From Patescibacteria group bacterium (GTDB lineage: Bacteria > Patescibacteriota > Minisyncoccia > 2-02-FULL-40-12 > IGHO2-01-FULL-4-A): a stretch of DNA of 37,577 nucleotides. The translations under genes were made by a program, and so were the position numbers. The DNA is taken from positions 1-37,577 of the forward strand of contig JBBTSB010000012.1 of assembly GCA_038064915.1 (NCBI GenBank), read 5' to 3'. Below, piece after piece: positions 8,934 to 18,103 of this stretch. The notes under the pieces are model-generated. The model saw nothing but the letters and a program-made list of their open reading frames with translations. It ran no database searches and was not told the DNA's origin. Position 1 is the stretch's first letter; the number at the start of each line of letters is the position of its first letter.

Positions 8934-9956
8934 ATGCTAATTTTAGGCATCGAAACTTCCTGTGACGACACTTCAGTTGCGGTATTACGAATCGAAAATG
9001 ACAAGCCGTCTGTTTTATCAAACATCGTCTCATCGCAAGTAAAACTTCACAATGAATTTGGCGGCGTGGTGCCGATTTTGGCCGCGCGAGAGCATGAGCG
9101 CAATCTGCCCGTCGTACTCGACGAGGCAATGAAGGTTGCAAGTTTAAAGTTTAAAGATATTGATTTAATAGCCGTAACATCAGGACCGGGTTTAATAATG
9201 TCTTTAGTGAAAGGCGTAAACTTTGCAAAAGATCTCGCCCAAAAAAATAACAAGCCTATTATCGGCGTCAATCACATGGCCGGCCACATTTACTCAAACT
9301 GGCTTTCACTACCCACTACACACTATCCATTGTTCCCCGCTCTCTGCCTCACGGTCTCTGGAGGTCACACAGAATTGGTTTTTATGAAAAATCATGGCGA
9401 ATATGAATTGATAGGAAAAACGCTCGATGATGCAGCAGGAGAAGCATTTGATAAAATTGCGCGATTGATCGGCCTCGAATACCCAGGTGGACCCGCCATC
9501 GCCAGAACGGCGATGGAATTTTCAATTTCCAATTCTCAATTTTCAATAAAACTTCCAAGGCCAATGATGTATTCAAAAGATCTCAATTTCTCGTTTTCAG
9601 GATTGAAGACTTCTGTGTTGTACTTGGTAAGAGATCTCACGGTACCGCTCGATTCAGCACGATCAGAGATCGCTCATGAGGCACAAGAAGCTATTGTCGA
9701 TGTACTAATGCACAAAACCAAGAAAGCAATCGAGATGCATCAGCCAAAATCAGTTTTGCTCGCTGGCGGAGTTTCAGCAAACAAATTGCTACGAGAAAAA
9801 ATACAAACCTTGCATGAAAATGTTTTTATTCCTCCCATGGAATACACTACGGATAACGCTGCGATGATCGCGATGGCAGGGTACTATGAGTTTAAACGTT
9901 TAAAGTTTAAGAGTTTAAAATTGCTAGAGGCTGACGCAAACTGGGAAATCGTTTAG
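8934..9956 (+). CDS. tsaD: tRNA N6-adenosine threonylcarbamoyltransferase (Kae1/TsaD family)
   Basis: MLILGIETSCDDTSVAV..., the HMAGH metal-binding motif, GGVSAN. Full-length at 340 aa. Confidence 0.9.
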   Translation: MLILGIETSCDDTSVAVLRIENDKPSVLSNIVSSQVKLHNEFGGVVPILAAREHERNLPVVLDEAMKVASLKFKDIDLIAVTSGPGLIMSLVKGVNFAKDLAQKNNKPIIGVNHMAGHIYSNWLSLPTTHYPLFPALCLTVSGGHTELVFMKNHGEYELIGKTLDDAAGEAFDKIARLIGLEYPGGPAIARTAMEFSISNSQFSIKLPRPMMYSKDLNFSFSGLKTSVLYLVRDLTVPLDSARSEIAHEAQEAIVDVLMHKTKKAIEMHQPKSVLLAGGVSANKLLREKIQTLHENVFIPPMEYTTDNAAMIAMAGYYEFKRLKFKSLKLLEADANWEIV

Positions 9957-10270
9957 TCCATTCCCCCGAAACGGAAGAGAAAACCGAACAAATTTGGCAA
10001 GATAAAAAGCGCCCCGAGAATAATCAAGATAATCCAACCAAGACCAAAGCGATGTTGTTGGCTTTTGGGATCATGCTGGATGACGGCTGCGCCAGCAAAA
10101 AACATCAACGCCACGCTGGCGATGAGGGTCATAGTTCCAATGGCCTTGAGTGAAACGTCACTGGGAAGAACTTCCCAAATCGACAAAATTGCCAAAAAGG
10201 TCAGGATCGTAACAGCAACGATCAGGATGATGCCGGTGCTTTTTCGCAGTAGGTGAATAAACGTATCCAT
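9953..10270 (-). CDS. Small membrane protein (2-3 TM helices); paralog of the adjacent ORF
   Basis: 105 aa. The segment TILTFLAILSIWEVLPSDVSLKAIGTMTLIASVAL aligns with the neighbouring 75-aa ORF. Confidence 0.5.
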   Translation of the reverse strand: MDTFIHLLRKSTGIILIVAVTILTFLAILSIWEVLPSDVSLKAIGTMTLIASVALMFFAGAAVIQHDPKSQQHRFGLGWIILIILGALFILPNLFGFLFRFGGMD

Positions 10271-10272
10271 AG

Positions 10273-10500
10273 CTATACTTGAGGAGGCAAGGAGGCCGGC
10301 GGTTCCTGATGGCGCTCAATGACTTTTGCGGCAATAATGACAATGAGTGAGGCGAAGGTGACAATACCGAGGGTGGAAAGCGTTTTGAACAAAACATCGT
10401 CGCTCAAAAACTCCCAGATCGCAAGGATCGCAATGATAGTGAGGATCGTTACAGAAATGACGAATACGACCAGTGCGATGTGTTGAATTGTTTTAGCCAT
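10273..10500 (-). CDS. Small membrane protein (2 TM helices); tandem paralog
   Basis: 75 aa. TILTIIAILAIWEFLSDDVLFKTLSTLGIVTFASL is similar to the downstream ORF. Confidence 0.5.
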   Translation of the reverse strand: MAKTIQHIALVVFVISVTILTIIAILAIWEFLSDDVLFKTLSTLGIVTFASLIVIIAAKVIERHQEPPASLPPQV

Positions 10501-10528
10501 GGTTTTACTATATGCTTATTTATACTAT

Positions 10529-11134
10529 ATGACAAGCAAACACTATCAACGCCTTCTTATTACCGTCGTCGTCCTTTTTTACGCTTGGACGCTCTACGGA
10601 ACCAATGACTATTTTACCTGGTGCTTAGAGATTTTCCCGGCGGTGCTTGGAGCGATTGTGCTTGCGATCACTCACCGGCGATTTCCTCTTTCAAATGTCT
10701 CTTATACGCTTCTTGCCATCCACGCCATGATTTTGGCGTATGGCGGGCGATACACCTACGCCGAAGCACCACTGGGATTTTGGCTTTCAGAAATATTTGG
10801 CTGGACACGGAATAACTACGACAAAATCGGCCACCTCATGCAGGGCTTTGGTCCGGTGATCATCGCACGAGAAGTCTTTCTCCGTCTTGATGTCGTGAAG
10901 CGCCCCGGCTGGCTCAACCCTATTCTCGTGCTCATCATCCTCGGCACCGCGGCTTTTTATGAATTCGTCGAGTGGTGGATTTCGCTTCTTTCTGGTTCAG
11001 CCGGCGATGCCTTCCTGGGAACTCAAGGCTATGTATGGGATACGCAGTCGGATATGTTCTTGGCCATGATCGGCGCAATTTTGGCGCTTTTGCTATTATC
11101 AAAACTCCATGACAGAGCTATCAAAAGCCTATAA
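10529..11134 (+). CDS. Polytopic membrane protein (DUF2238/YjdF-like)
   Basis: About 200 aa with 5-6 hydrophobic helices. The ORF track begins at 10499, where the palindrome CCATGG overlaps the divergent gene start. The internal ATG at 10529 is preferred. Confidence 0.45.
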   Translation: MTSKHYQRLLITVVVLFYAWTLYGTNDYFTWCLEIFPAVLGAIVLAITHRRFPLSNVSYTLLAIHAMILAYGGRYTYAEAPLGFWLSEIFGWTRNNYDKIGHLMQGFGPVIIAREVFLRLDVVKRPGWLNPILVLIILGTAAFYEFVEWWISLLSGSAGDAFLGTQGYVWDTQSDMFLAMIGAILALLLLSKLHDRAIKSL

Positions 11135-13094
11135 CTCTGCTGAAACTGAAGATCGCATTTATAAACTCTGGATGGAGAGTGGGGCTTTTGCGCCCCAAGG
11201 CGATGGTGAACCCTACACCGTCATGATTGCGCCGCCCAATATCACGGGCTCACTGCACATGGGTCATGCACTCGAAAATACGATCTCGGATATTTTGGTG
11301 CGGTATCATCGCATGAAAGGATTTCGGACACTCTGGGTACCTGGCGTGGATCATGCGGGAATTTCAGCACAAAGCAAAGTAGAAAAAGAACTTTCCAAGC
11401 AAGGTATCAAAAAACAGGACATCGGACGCGAAGCGTTTGTGAAAAAAGTTGAGGAGTGGAAGGAGCAGTACGGGCATATTATTTTGGACCAGCTTAAAAA
11501 ACTCGGCTTCTCCTTTGATTGGAGTAAAACTGCCTACACGATGGATCCGGCTTACAAGGAAGAGGTGAAGAAAGCGTTCCTGCATTACAAAGAAAAAGGC
11601 TGGATCTACAAAGGAAAGCGCATCATTAACTGGTCGGTGAAAGACCAGACTTCCCTATCGGACTTGGAAATTTACTATCAAGAACAAAAAGATACGCTGT
11701 ATTATCTGAACTATGGTCCCATCACCGTGGCTACGACACGACCCGAGACCATGCTTGGGGATACGGCCGTTGCGATTCATCCAAGTGACGAGCGTTATAA
11801 AAATTTAATTGGAACAAAAATTACACTGCCGATCACCGGGCGCGAAATACCCATCATCGCCGACCATGCGGTTGAAAAAGAATTTGGTACGGGAGCCGTA
11901 AAAGTCACGCCGGCGCATGACTTTTTGGACTTTGAAATCGGCCAACGGAATAATCTTGAGCAGATTGAGGTGATAAATAAATTTGGAAAGGTCGTTGAGG
12001 GATTTGGGAAATTTTCAGGATTGAAAATTCTTGATGCGCGAAAAGCAGTTATTGAAGAATTGGAAAAATTAAACGTGATAGAAAAAACAGAAAAATACAC
12101 TCACAATGTCGCCTACGGGGAGCGCTGTCAGACGGTGATTGAGCCGTTGTTGTCAGAGCAGTGGTTTTTGAAGATGGACGAGCTTGCGAAAAAAGCAATC
12201 AAAGCAATCGAGGCTGATGAAGTTCATTATCATCCGGAGCGATGGAAAGACGTTGCGCTCACGTGGCTTCGCAATATTCGCGACTGGAATATTTCACGGC
12301 AAATTTGGTGGGGACATCCAGTGCCAATAGAGGGTGAGACTGATGTACTCGATACCTGGTTTTCTTCAGCGCTCTGGCCGATGGCAGCACTTCCTAAAGA
12401 GTCCTACCCAACGCAGATGATCACAAGTGCCCGAGATATAATCCACTTGTGGATTACGCGCATGATTTTTTCGGGGTTGGAGTTTCGCGGCGAGGTTCCG
12501 TTCAAAGATGTGATCATTCATGGTACGGTACTCACCAAAGATGGCAAGCGTATGAGTAAATCACTCGGAACCGGTGTCGATCCTCTCGAATTAATAGAGA
12601 AGTACGGCGCTGACGCGACCCGTTTTGGATTGATCTACCAATCCATCGGCGGCCAGCAAGATATCAAGTACGGTGAAGAGTTTATTCTTACTGGAAAAAA
12701 GTTTGCGAATAAGCTATGGAATATAAGCCGATACATAATCGGCAAAAATCAAAATGGAAATATCAAAAATCAAAATGATGAAGAAATAGTATCGAAAATT
12801 CACACAATCGAGGAACAAACTACAAAACATATTCAAAATTACGAGTTTGGAGAGGCGCTGCATCTTCTCTACGATTTCATCTGGCATGAATATGCCGATA
12901 AATACATTGAAAGTACCAAAGACAAGTCCGATTCTGAAACATTTTCCACTTTGATATTTACATTTTCAACTTTGCTAAAGCTCCTCCATCCCTTCATGCC
13001 ATTCGTCACCGAAGAGATCTGGGGAAAACTCCCCTCGTGGGAAGGCAAAAAATTGCTTATACTAGAATCGTGGCCTTCGTCCTCATCCTCGTAG
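11109..13094 (+). CDS. valS: Valine--tRNA ligase (compact form, 661 aa)
   Basis: HMGH (HIGH-type) and KMSKS motifs, TTRPET plus GTGAVKVTPAHD CP1 editing-domain motifs, an anticodon-binding region ending ...TEEIWGKLP...WP. There is no C-terminal coiled-coil extension. Confidence 0.9.
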   Translation: MTELSKAYNSAETEDRIYKLWMESGAFAPQGDGEPYTVMIAPPNITGSLHMGHALENTISDILVRYHRMKGFRTLWVPGVDHAGISAQSKVEKELSKQGIKKQDIGREAFVKKVEEWKEQYGHIILDQLKKLGFSFDWSKTAYTMDPAYKEEVKKAFLHYKEKGWIYKGKRIINWSVKDQTSLSDLEIYYQEQKDTLYYLNYGPITVATTRPETMLGDTAVAIHPSDERYKNLIGTKITLPITGREIPIIADHAVEKEFGTGAVKVTPAHDFLDFEIGQRNNLEQIEVINKFGKVVEGFGKFSGLKILDARKAVIEELEKLNVIEKTEKYTHNVAYGERCQTVIEPLLSEQWFLKMDELAKKAIKAIEADEVHYHPERWKDVALTWLRNIRDWNISRQIWWGHPVPIEGETDVLDTWFSSALWPMAALPKESYPTQMITSARDIIHLWITRMIFSGLEFRGEVPFKDVIIHGTVLTKDGKRMSKSLGTGVDPLELIEKYGADATRFGLIYQSIGGQQDIKYGEEFILTGKKFANKLWNISRYIIGKNQNGNIKNQNDEEIVSKIHTIEEQTTKHIQNYEFGEALHLLYDFIWHEYADKYIESTKDKSDSETFSTLIFTFSTLLKLLHPFMPFVTEEIWGKLPSWEGKKLLILESWPSSSSS

Positions 13095-13774
13095 GATTTA
13101 TTCCCAGCCTCGTGTGGCTCCATTTCTACTTGCGCAAAGTCAATCATCCCGAGCCGCGCAAGCTTTTGCTGGAGGTTTTCTTTTTTGGAATTTTACTCGC
13201 GCCGCTTGCCGTTGCGGCACAGTGGCTGTTTGCGTATATCGTGTCGCAGTTCGCGCCGGGCTTTGATATCGGCAGTTCCTCAACCTTTTTTCTCTGGTCG
13301 GCGTTCGTGGAAGAGGTGGTCAAACTGATTGCGGTTTACTATCTTGTTGTCCACCATGCCGAATTCAGTGAACCCGTGGACATCATGATTTACATGGTAA
13401 CCGCTAGCCTTGGGTTTGCCGCGTTGGAAAATATTTTAGTTCTGTTTAAAAATATCCCCGACGGAGTATCGATCACGATGCAAATCCTTCTGTTCCGCAC
13501 CGTAGGAGCGACACTTCTCCACGCGCTATCATCAGCACTGGTAGGATATTTCTTCGCCCTGGGATGGTACTACCACCATCACAGCAGAAAGTTCTTGTGG
13601 TTTGGTGTCGGCATTGCTACCCTTTTTCATTTCACGTTCAATACCTTGCTCCTCAATTTCACCGCGCTGGGAGGTTTAATGACCTCGAGTATTCTCCTAC
13701 TTGGCGTGCTTTTCCTGGTTTCTGTTCTTTTCCACAGGGTACAGGAACGTAGCCAAACCAAATTTATGGTATAA
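13037..13774 (+). CDS. PrsW-family intramembrane protease-like protein
   Basis: Polytopic membrane protein with EEVVK, FRTVGATLLHALS and FHFTFN motifs (the E-E-x-x-K / F-x-x-x-H / H-x-x-x-N pattern of PrsW/YvdC proteases). The start may be the GTG at 13070. Confidence 0.6.
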   Translation: MGRQKIAYTRIVAFVLILVGFIPSLVWLHFYLRKVNHPEPRKLLLEVFFFGILLAPLAVAAQWLFAYIVSQFAPGFDIGSSSTFFLWSAFVEEVVKLIAVYYLVVHHAEFSEPVDIMIYMVTASLGFAALENILVLFKNIPDGVSITMQILLFRTVGATLLHALSSALVGYFFALGWYYHHHSRKFLWFGVGIATLFHFTFNTLLLNFTALGGLMTSSILLLGVLFLVSVLFHRVQERSQTKFMV

Positions 13775-13786
13775 TGGAAACATATC

Positions 13787-14206
13787 ATGTCTGACTTCTT
13801 TGAAGAACAATTCGGTACCGCTACGCTCGCCATGGCGCCAGCCGCCAAAAAAGCACCACCCCCAAGTGGAAAAGACGACGAGGGCCAGCTTACCGTGGAC
13901 GTCTACCAGACGGATGACGAGATCGTGATCAAATCCACCATTGCCGGTGTCACGGTGGACGATATCGATATCTCCATCACCAACGACATGATCACCATTA
14001 AAGGCAAGCGCAATCCCGACGAGCACATCGATCAATCCGACTACTACTACCAGGAACTCTACTGGGGACAGTTCGCGCGCTCCATCATCCTCCCCGAGGA
14101 CATCGACGTGGAAAAAGCGGCCGCCTCCATGAAAAACGGCATCCTTACCATCCGCTTGCCAAAACTCGCAAAGTCGCGTATGAAGAAGGTAAAAATCTCG
14201 TCGTGA
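13787..14206 (+). CDS. Hsp20/alpha-crystallin family small heat shock protein
   Basis: Alpha-crystallin domain pattern (VDVYQTDDEIVIKSTIAGV...ITIKG...GILTIRLPK). Confidence 0.8.
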   Translation: MSDFFEEQFGTATLAMAPAAKKAPPPSGKDDEGQLTVDVYQTDDEIVIKSTIAGVTVDDIDISITNDMITIKGKRNPDEHIDQSDYYYQELYWGQFARSIILPEDIDVEKAAASMKNGILTIRLPKLAKSRMKKVKISS

Positions 14207-15372
14207 TCTCCAGAAAAACTTGGCACATTATCGGCACTGTCATCGGTATAGCAGGCATCGTTTGGATCAGCCAGTTTTTCTATTTCGACTCTTTGACCAA
14301 AAAACTTTCTCTTGAAGGTGTAGGGCCGTTGTTTGTCGGACGCTTGAGCGAGAATCTGCAAATTGCCGTGACCCAGCCGCTCACGCTTCATACGGACAGC
14401 AAGGAAATCACGATTGAACCAGATCAACTGCAAACATGGATTGAGCCTTATCATCGAATCTTTACAGGCAAGACAGAATACCGCCTCAATCAATTTCACA
14501 TAGAACAGGACTTGGGAGACTTTGTTGCCGGTCTTGCGATAGCTCCCGTCAACGCGAGCTTCGGCGTTGCAAGTGGGTCACTGATGGAAGTTGTCCCGGC
14601 AAAAAACGGGCAGGAGCTTGATCGTGCAGAAACGCTCCGCGCCATCTCCCAAGCACTCATCCACAACGAAGCGACTGCAAACCTTGTCATAAAGGAAGTG
14701 GAACCGCTATTGAATCTTGCAAAGCTCCACCAACTTGGTATTACCGCGTTGCTTGGAGAAGGGACGTCAAAGTTTACGGGGTCCCCAAATGCGCGCATCC
14801 ACAATATCGGGGTAGGTTCCAAAAAGATGAACAACATTATTCTTCGTCCTGGCGAGACGTTCTCTTTTGTCGATCACCTGGGAGATGTGGATGCATCCAC
14901 AGGCTACAAGCCGGAGCTTGTCATCAAAGACGGAAAAATCATTCCCGAGTACGGCGGTGGGGTGTGCCAGGTGTCCACCACAATGTTTCGTGCTGCCATT
15001 TTTGCTGGACTTCCTATTGTGGAACGGCGGGCACACTCCATCCCCGTGCGCTACTACAACCCACAAGGGTTTGATGCGACCATTTACCCCGGTTCCGTGG
15101 ATTTAAAATTCACCAACGATACGCCTTCGTATATTCTCATTCAGTCGCGCGTGGAAGGCACGACGATCACCTTTGATATTTTCGGTTCCCACGATGGCCG
15201 TACCGTAAACGTAGAAGGGCCCAACGTGTATGAATCAAACCCTGACGGGTCACTGAAAGCGATACTCTACCGCACCATCACCCGGACAGACGGCACGGAA
15301 ACCAAAGAAACCTATCGCTCCGCGTATAAATCGCCGGCCCTGTTTCAGGTGATAAAGAATCCATTGGAATAG
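14203..15372 (+). CDS. VanW-family protein
   Basis: Conserved VanW core (GGGVCQVSTTMFRAAIFAGLPIVERRAHS), N-terminal TM anchor. The GTG start overlaps the hsp20 stop. Confidence 0.75.
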   Translation: MISRKTWHIIGTVIGIAGIVWISQFFYFDSLTKKLSLEGVGPLFVGRLSENLQIAVTQPLTLHTDSKEITIEPDQLQTWIEPYHRIFTGKTEYRLNQFHIEQDLGDFVAGLAIAPVNASFGVASGSLMEVVPAKNGQELDRAETLRAISQALIHNEATANLVIKEVEPLLNLAKLHQLGITALLGEGTSKFTGSPNARIHNIGVGSKKMNNIILRPGETFSFVDHLGDVDASTGYKPELVIKDGKIIPEYGGGVCQVSTTMFRAAIFAGLPIVERRAHSIPVRYYNPQGFDATIYPGSVDLKFTNDTPSYILIQSRVEGTTITFDIFGSHDGRTVNVEGPNVYESNPDGSLKAILYRTITRTDGTETKETYRSAYKSPALFQVIKNPLE

Positions 15373-15536
15373 GTCGCTCATTGCCTAGCTTTCCGCAAAA
15401 CCGATCGTAGATTTTTGCTAAAATCTCGACACTGCTTTCTCGCGCCAGTCGCGCTCCGAAAAGCTTTTGCTTGAAAGCCAGGCAACTCGCCAAGGGTTGG
15501 AAGCAGAGGGGAAAAGTATTTTCCTTCTGCTCATAT

Positions 15537-15622
15537 TGGTGCTGGGGAGAGGAGTCGAACCTCCATGTCCTTACGGACGGTAGCTCCTAAAGCTACTGCG
15601 GCTGCCATTTCGCCACCCCAGC
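15537..15622 (-). tRNA. tRNA-Leu (anticodon TAG), 86 nt, long variable arm, CCA encoded
   Basis: Reverse complement: acceptor GCTGGGG/CCCCAGC, anticodon stem GTAGC/GCTAC with loop TTTAGGA (G37), variable arm with GTCC/GGAC stem, T-arm GGAGG-TTCGACT-CCTCT, ACCA 3' end. Confidence 0.8.
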
Positions 15623-15724
15623 ATGAGAACATCCTAGCACACCAGCTAACCCTGGACAAATTTTAAAAATGATGTAGAATAATACCACGGTCAATCCTGA
15701 CCGCACGACCTTAGGAGGTCAACC

Positions 15725-17470
15725 ATGGGTACGTTCTTTGTCGTTCTTTGCTCTCTGGTTCTGATCGTGGTCTTCAAAAGCCGTCTTCACGTCCCAGAGA
15801 ACAAGGCTGCTCTCATCAGGTGGGAGACGCCACAAATCCCTTTCATTAGGGATATTCTTGGCAGGCTCGGCCTACCGATCAACCCGATTGGCGGCAACGA
15901 TATCGTCGCCCTCTCCGGTCAAACGGGAGGATGGAGTGCCATACATTGGGCATCCGGCGATTACTGGATCCCACTTGTAGGATTCCGATTCCTTGCCAAG
16001 GTTCGCACCTTTGATCCGATGGAAGTTAAGGAAAATCAAGTTGGCCTCATGACGGCCAAAGTTGGGAAAAACCGTCCGCAGGGACAGAATTACCCGACTC
16101 CATTGGACGATCTGGACTTCTCGAACGGCGAGGATTTCATCCGTCGTGATGGCCAGAGGGGTCTTCAACTACAAACTCTGGGTCCTGGCAAGCATTTCTG
16201 CAACCCTGAAATTTGGGAGTTCGAACCTGTCGACAGGGTGGATATCGAGCCAGCGATTTTCCCGGATGATCCGTACAATCGGGGTAAGCCGACAGACGAA
16301 GCTTGGCCGAGACTAGGCCTCGCTGATCTCAGAATCGGAAGAATCATCCCCGAAGACGAGCGAACAAAACGAACTCTCGCGGTAGTAGTGCCGGGCCATG
16401 AAAACTTCGCCAACTTGGTCGCCTTCATTCAAAACGGTGGCGAGCAAGGAACACAAATCGAAGTCCTTGAGCCAGGTAGCTCCAGGATCAATACCGGCTA
16501 CGTGGGCATTGAAATGATCTTCGCAACTCGGGTGCGTCCTGGGTGGACGATCGTGCTTATCTCCAGTCAAGGCGATGAGCCCGATGAAAACGATTTCATA
16601 CCCGTAGCGGAGTTGGGCGGACGTCGGCCGGTTCACGTCTTGAAAAAAGGCATCGTCGGGAAACGCGGTACCTTGGCTGACACCCTGGGTCCTCGGGATT
16701 GGTTCATAAATCCCCGTCGCTACAAGCGAATACTGGTGAACACCTCACCCCAGACTCTCGCTTGGGACAAGACACAATACGACGAAAAAGACAAACCTCT
16801 GCGCCAGTTTCCCCCACTGGACGTGGAGAGCAAGGAAGGTTTCAAGTTCAACGTCGTCGGTGCCCTGGTCTTTGAGGTTAAGGACCAAGATGCTCCGATG
16901 ATGACTCGCGCTGCGGGGGGGGAAATCGAGAAACTCGTCAAAGCGATCGGTCCTATGGTTGGACAGGTTGTCCATCGGATTTGCAGGCAACATCCGATGA
17001 TCGATTTTGTCCGAGATACCAAGAAAGGGCTGGCGGCTGAGTTGACCAAAGCTCTCAAGGCGGTTCTGTCCTTCTACTATATCACGGTTCATGGATTCGA
17101 AATCGTGGACCTGGACTACGAAAGCAGAGGAGACAAGAACTTGGCCGAGTTCCTGAAGCAGTTGGCCGAGCAAGAGATTGCCGCACAGCGAGAGCTTGCC
17201 AACAAAGCTGGGATTCCAGCCGAAGTAGCCCGGATCGAACTGGAAGAAAAGCGCGGGGAAGCCGATGCTCAGAAAGTTATAAAGGTCGGCAAAGCAGAAG
17301 CTGAAGCTAAGACTCTGGTCGGCAACGCAGAAGCCGAAATCATGGCAAAGAAGGGAGCCGCCGTAGTCGCACTACTCCCCTCTGCTGGCTTGAGTAAGGA
17401 TGTGGGCCAAATCATTGTCGCCGGTATCACGGCTCTATCCAGTGCGCTTCAAGACAGTAAGAAGACGTAG
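15725..17470 (+). CDS. Flotillin-like SPFH/band-7 family protein with C-terminal EA-repeat coiled coil
   Basis: 581 aa. N-terminal TM helix. C-terminal AQRELANKAGIPAEVARIELEEKRGEADAQKVIKVGKAEAEAKTLVGNAEAEIMAKKG is typical of the flotillin (YqiK-like) EA-repeat tail. Strong SD (AGGAGG) 8 nt upstream. GC content is clearly higher than in surrounding genes. Confidence 0.5.
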   Translation: MGTFFVVLCSLVLIVVFKSRLHVPENKAALIRWETPQIPFIRDILGRLGLPINPIGGNDIVALSGQTGGWSAIHWASGDYWIPLVGFRFLAKVRTFDPMEVKENQVGLMTAKVGKNRPQGQNYPTPLDDLDFSNGEDFIRRDGQRGLQLQTLGPGKHFCNPEIWEFEPVDRVDIEPAIFPDDPYNRGKPTDEAWPRLGLADLRIGRIIPEDERTKRTLAVVVPGHENFANLVAFIQNGGEQGTQIEVLEPGSSRINTGYVGIEMIFATRVRPGWTIVLISSQGDEPDENDFIPVAELGGRRPVHVLKKGIVGKRGTLADTLGPRDWFINPRRYKRILVNTSPQTLAWDKTQYDEKDKPLRQFPPLDVESKEGFKFNVVGALVFEVKDQDAPMMTRAAGGEIEKLVKAIGPMVGQVVHRICRQHPMIDFVRDTKKGLAAELTKALKAVLSFYYITVHGFEIVDLDYESRGDKNLAEFLKQLAEQEIAAQRELANKAGIPAEVARIELEEKRGEADAQKVIKVGKAEAEAKTLVGNAEAEIMAKKGAAVVALLPSAGLSKDVGQIIVAGITALSSALQDSKKT

Positions 17471-17566
17471 TACACGGCGCGTAGTTGCGCCACGGGCATG
17501 GGATGAGCCGGAAACTCGGCTTGTTCCATGCCTGTTTTCATATTGAAATCCATATATAAAGAGAAA

Positions 17567-17598
17567 CGCGCGCGATCCGGTGTTACGGAGCGCGCGCG
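17567..17598. terminator. GC-rich 13-bp hairpin between convergent genes (likely bidirectional terminator)
   Basis: CGCGCGCGATCCG-gtgttacg-CGGAGCGCGCGCG, between the flotillin-like gene (+) and the proline-rich protein gene (-). A second hairpin, GGCGC-GTAGTT-GCGCC, lies at 17476..17491. Confidence 0.45.
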
Positions 17599-17626
17599 GT
17601 GAACGTTGTAGAGGCGTTCATGGATG

Positions 17627-18103
17627 TTACCTTCCCATGACGCGCTTGTTGGTGCGGCGAAGCTCATCGTTCGTCCGCTGGGTCTGAACATGGACGAGAA
17701 TGGGTTCCGCTGGAGGCGGGGCTGTCGGCCGCTCGTAGAACGCGGCCGGAATGTCGTCGGGTCCCGCATCACTCGCGCCTTCTCCAGATCCAGACGAGGG
17801 AAAGAACTTATTGATCCCCCACGTGATCAGGAGTGCGATGAGAGCGAGAGCTGCGAGCGCAACGGCCCAAGTCGGAAATCGTCTCGGCGCGGGACCAGGT
17901 GCAGGTGGTGGAGCAGGCGCAGCGACCGGGGGTACCGGAGGTGCGCCAGGCGGAGGAGGCGGAGCTACAGGCGGCACTGCGGGTGGAGCCGCGGGAGCGC
18001 CAGGAGGAATCGGTGCGATGACTGGAGCAGGCGGAGTACTGGAAAGGAAGGTGCGCGTGAAAAAGCTTTTCACGCTGGCCCACCTTGCCGCGAACCAGGC
18101 CAT
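17627..18103 (-). CDS. Proline/alanine-rich single-pass membrane protein
   Basis: Internal Met start (MAWFAARW...) whose ATG abuts the stop of the upstream gene. A PPAPVIAPIPPGAPAAPP... tract, then the TM helix WAVALAALALIALLITWGI. The opposite strand in this GC-rich stretch gives Arg-rich and Gly-rich ORFs, judged spurious. Confidence 0.4.
   Translation of the reverse strand: MAWFAARWASVKSFFTRTFLSSTPPAPVIAPIPPGAPAAPPAVPPVAPPPPPGAPPVPPVAAPAPPPAPGPAPRRFPTWAVALAALALIALLITWGINKFFPSSGSGEGASDAGPDDIPAAFYERPTAPPPAEPILVHVQTQRTNDELRRTNKRVMGR

Noticed and set aside
8872-9141. 89-aa - strand ORF
   Set aside because: It overlaps tRNA-Glu and the tsaD 5' region, is basic and low-complexity, with no support.
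15373-15536. Possible ncRNA or riboswitch in the 164-nt spacer between vanW and tRNA-Leu
   Set aside because: Only a weak hairpin (GGAAAA-gta-TTTTCC) and no recognisable conserved riboswitch motif; it is most likely a terminator and promoter spacer.
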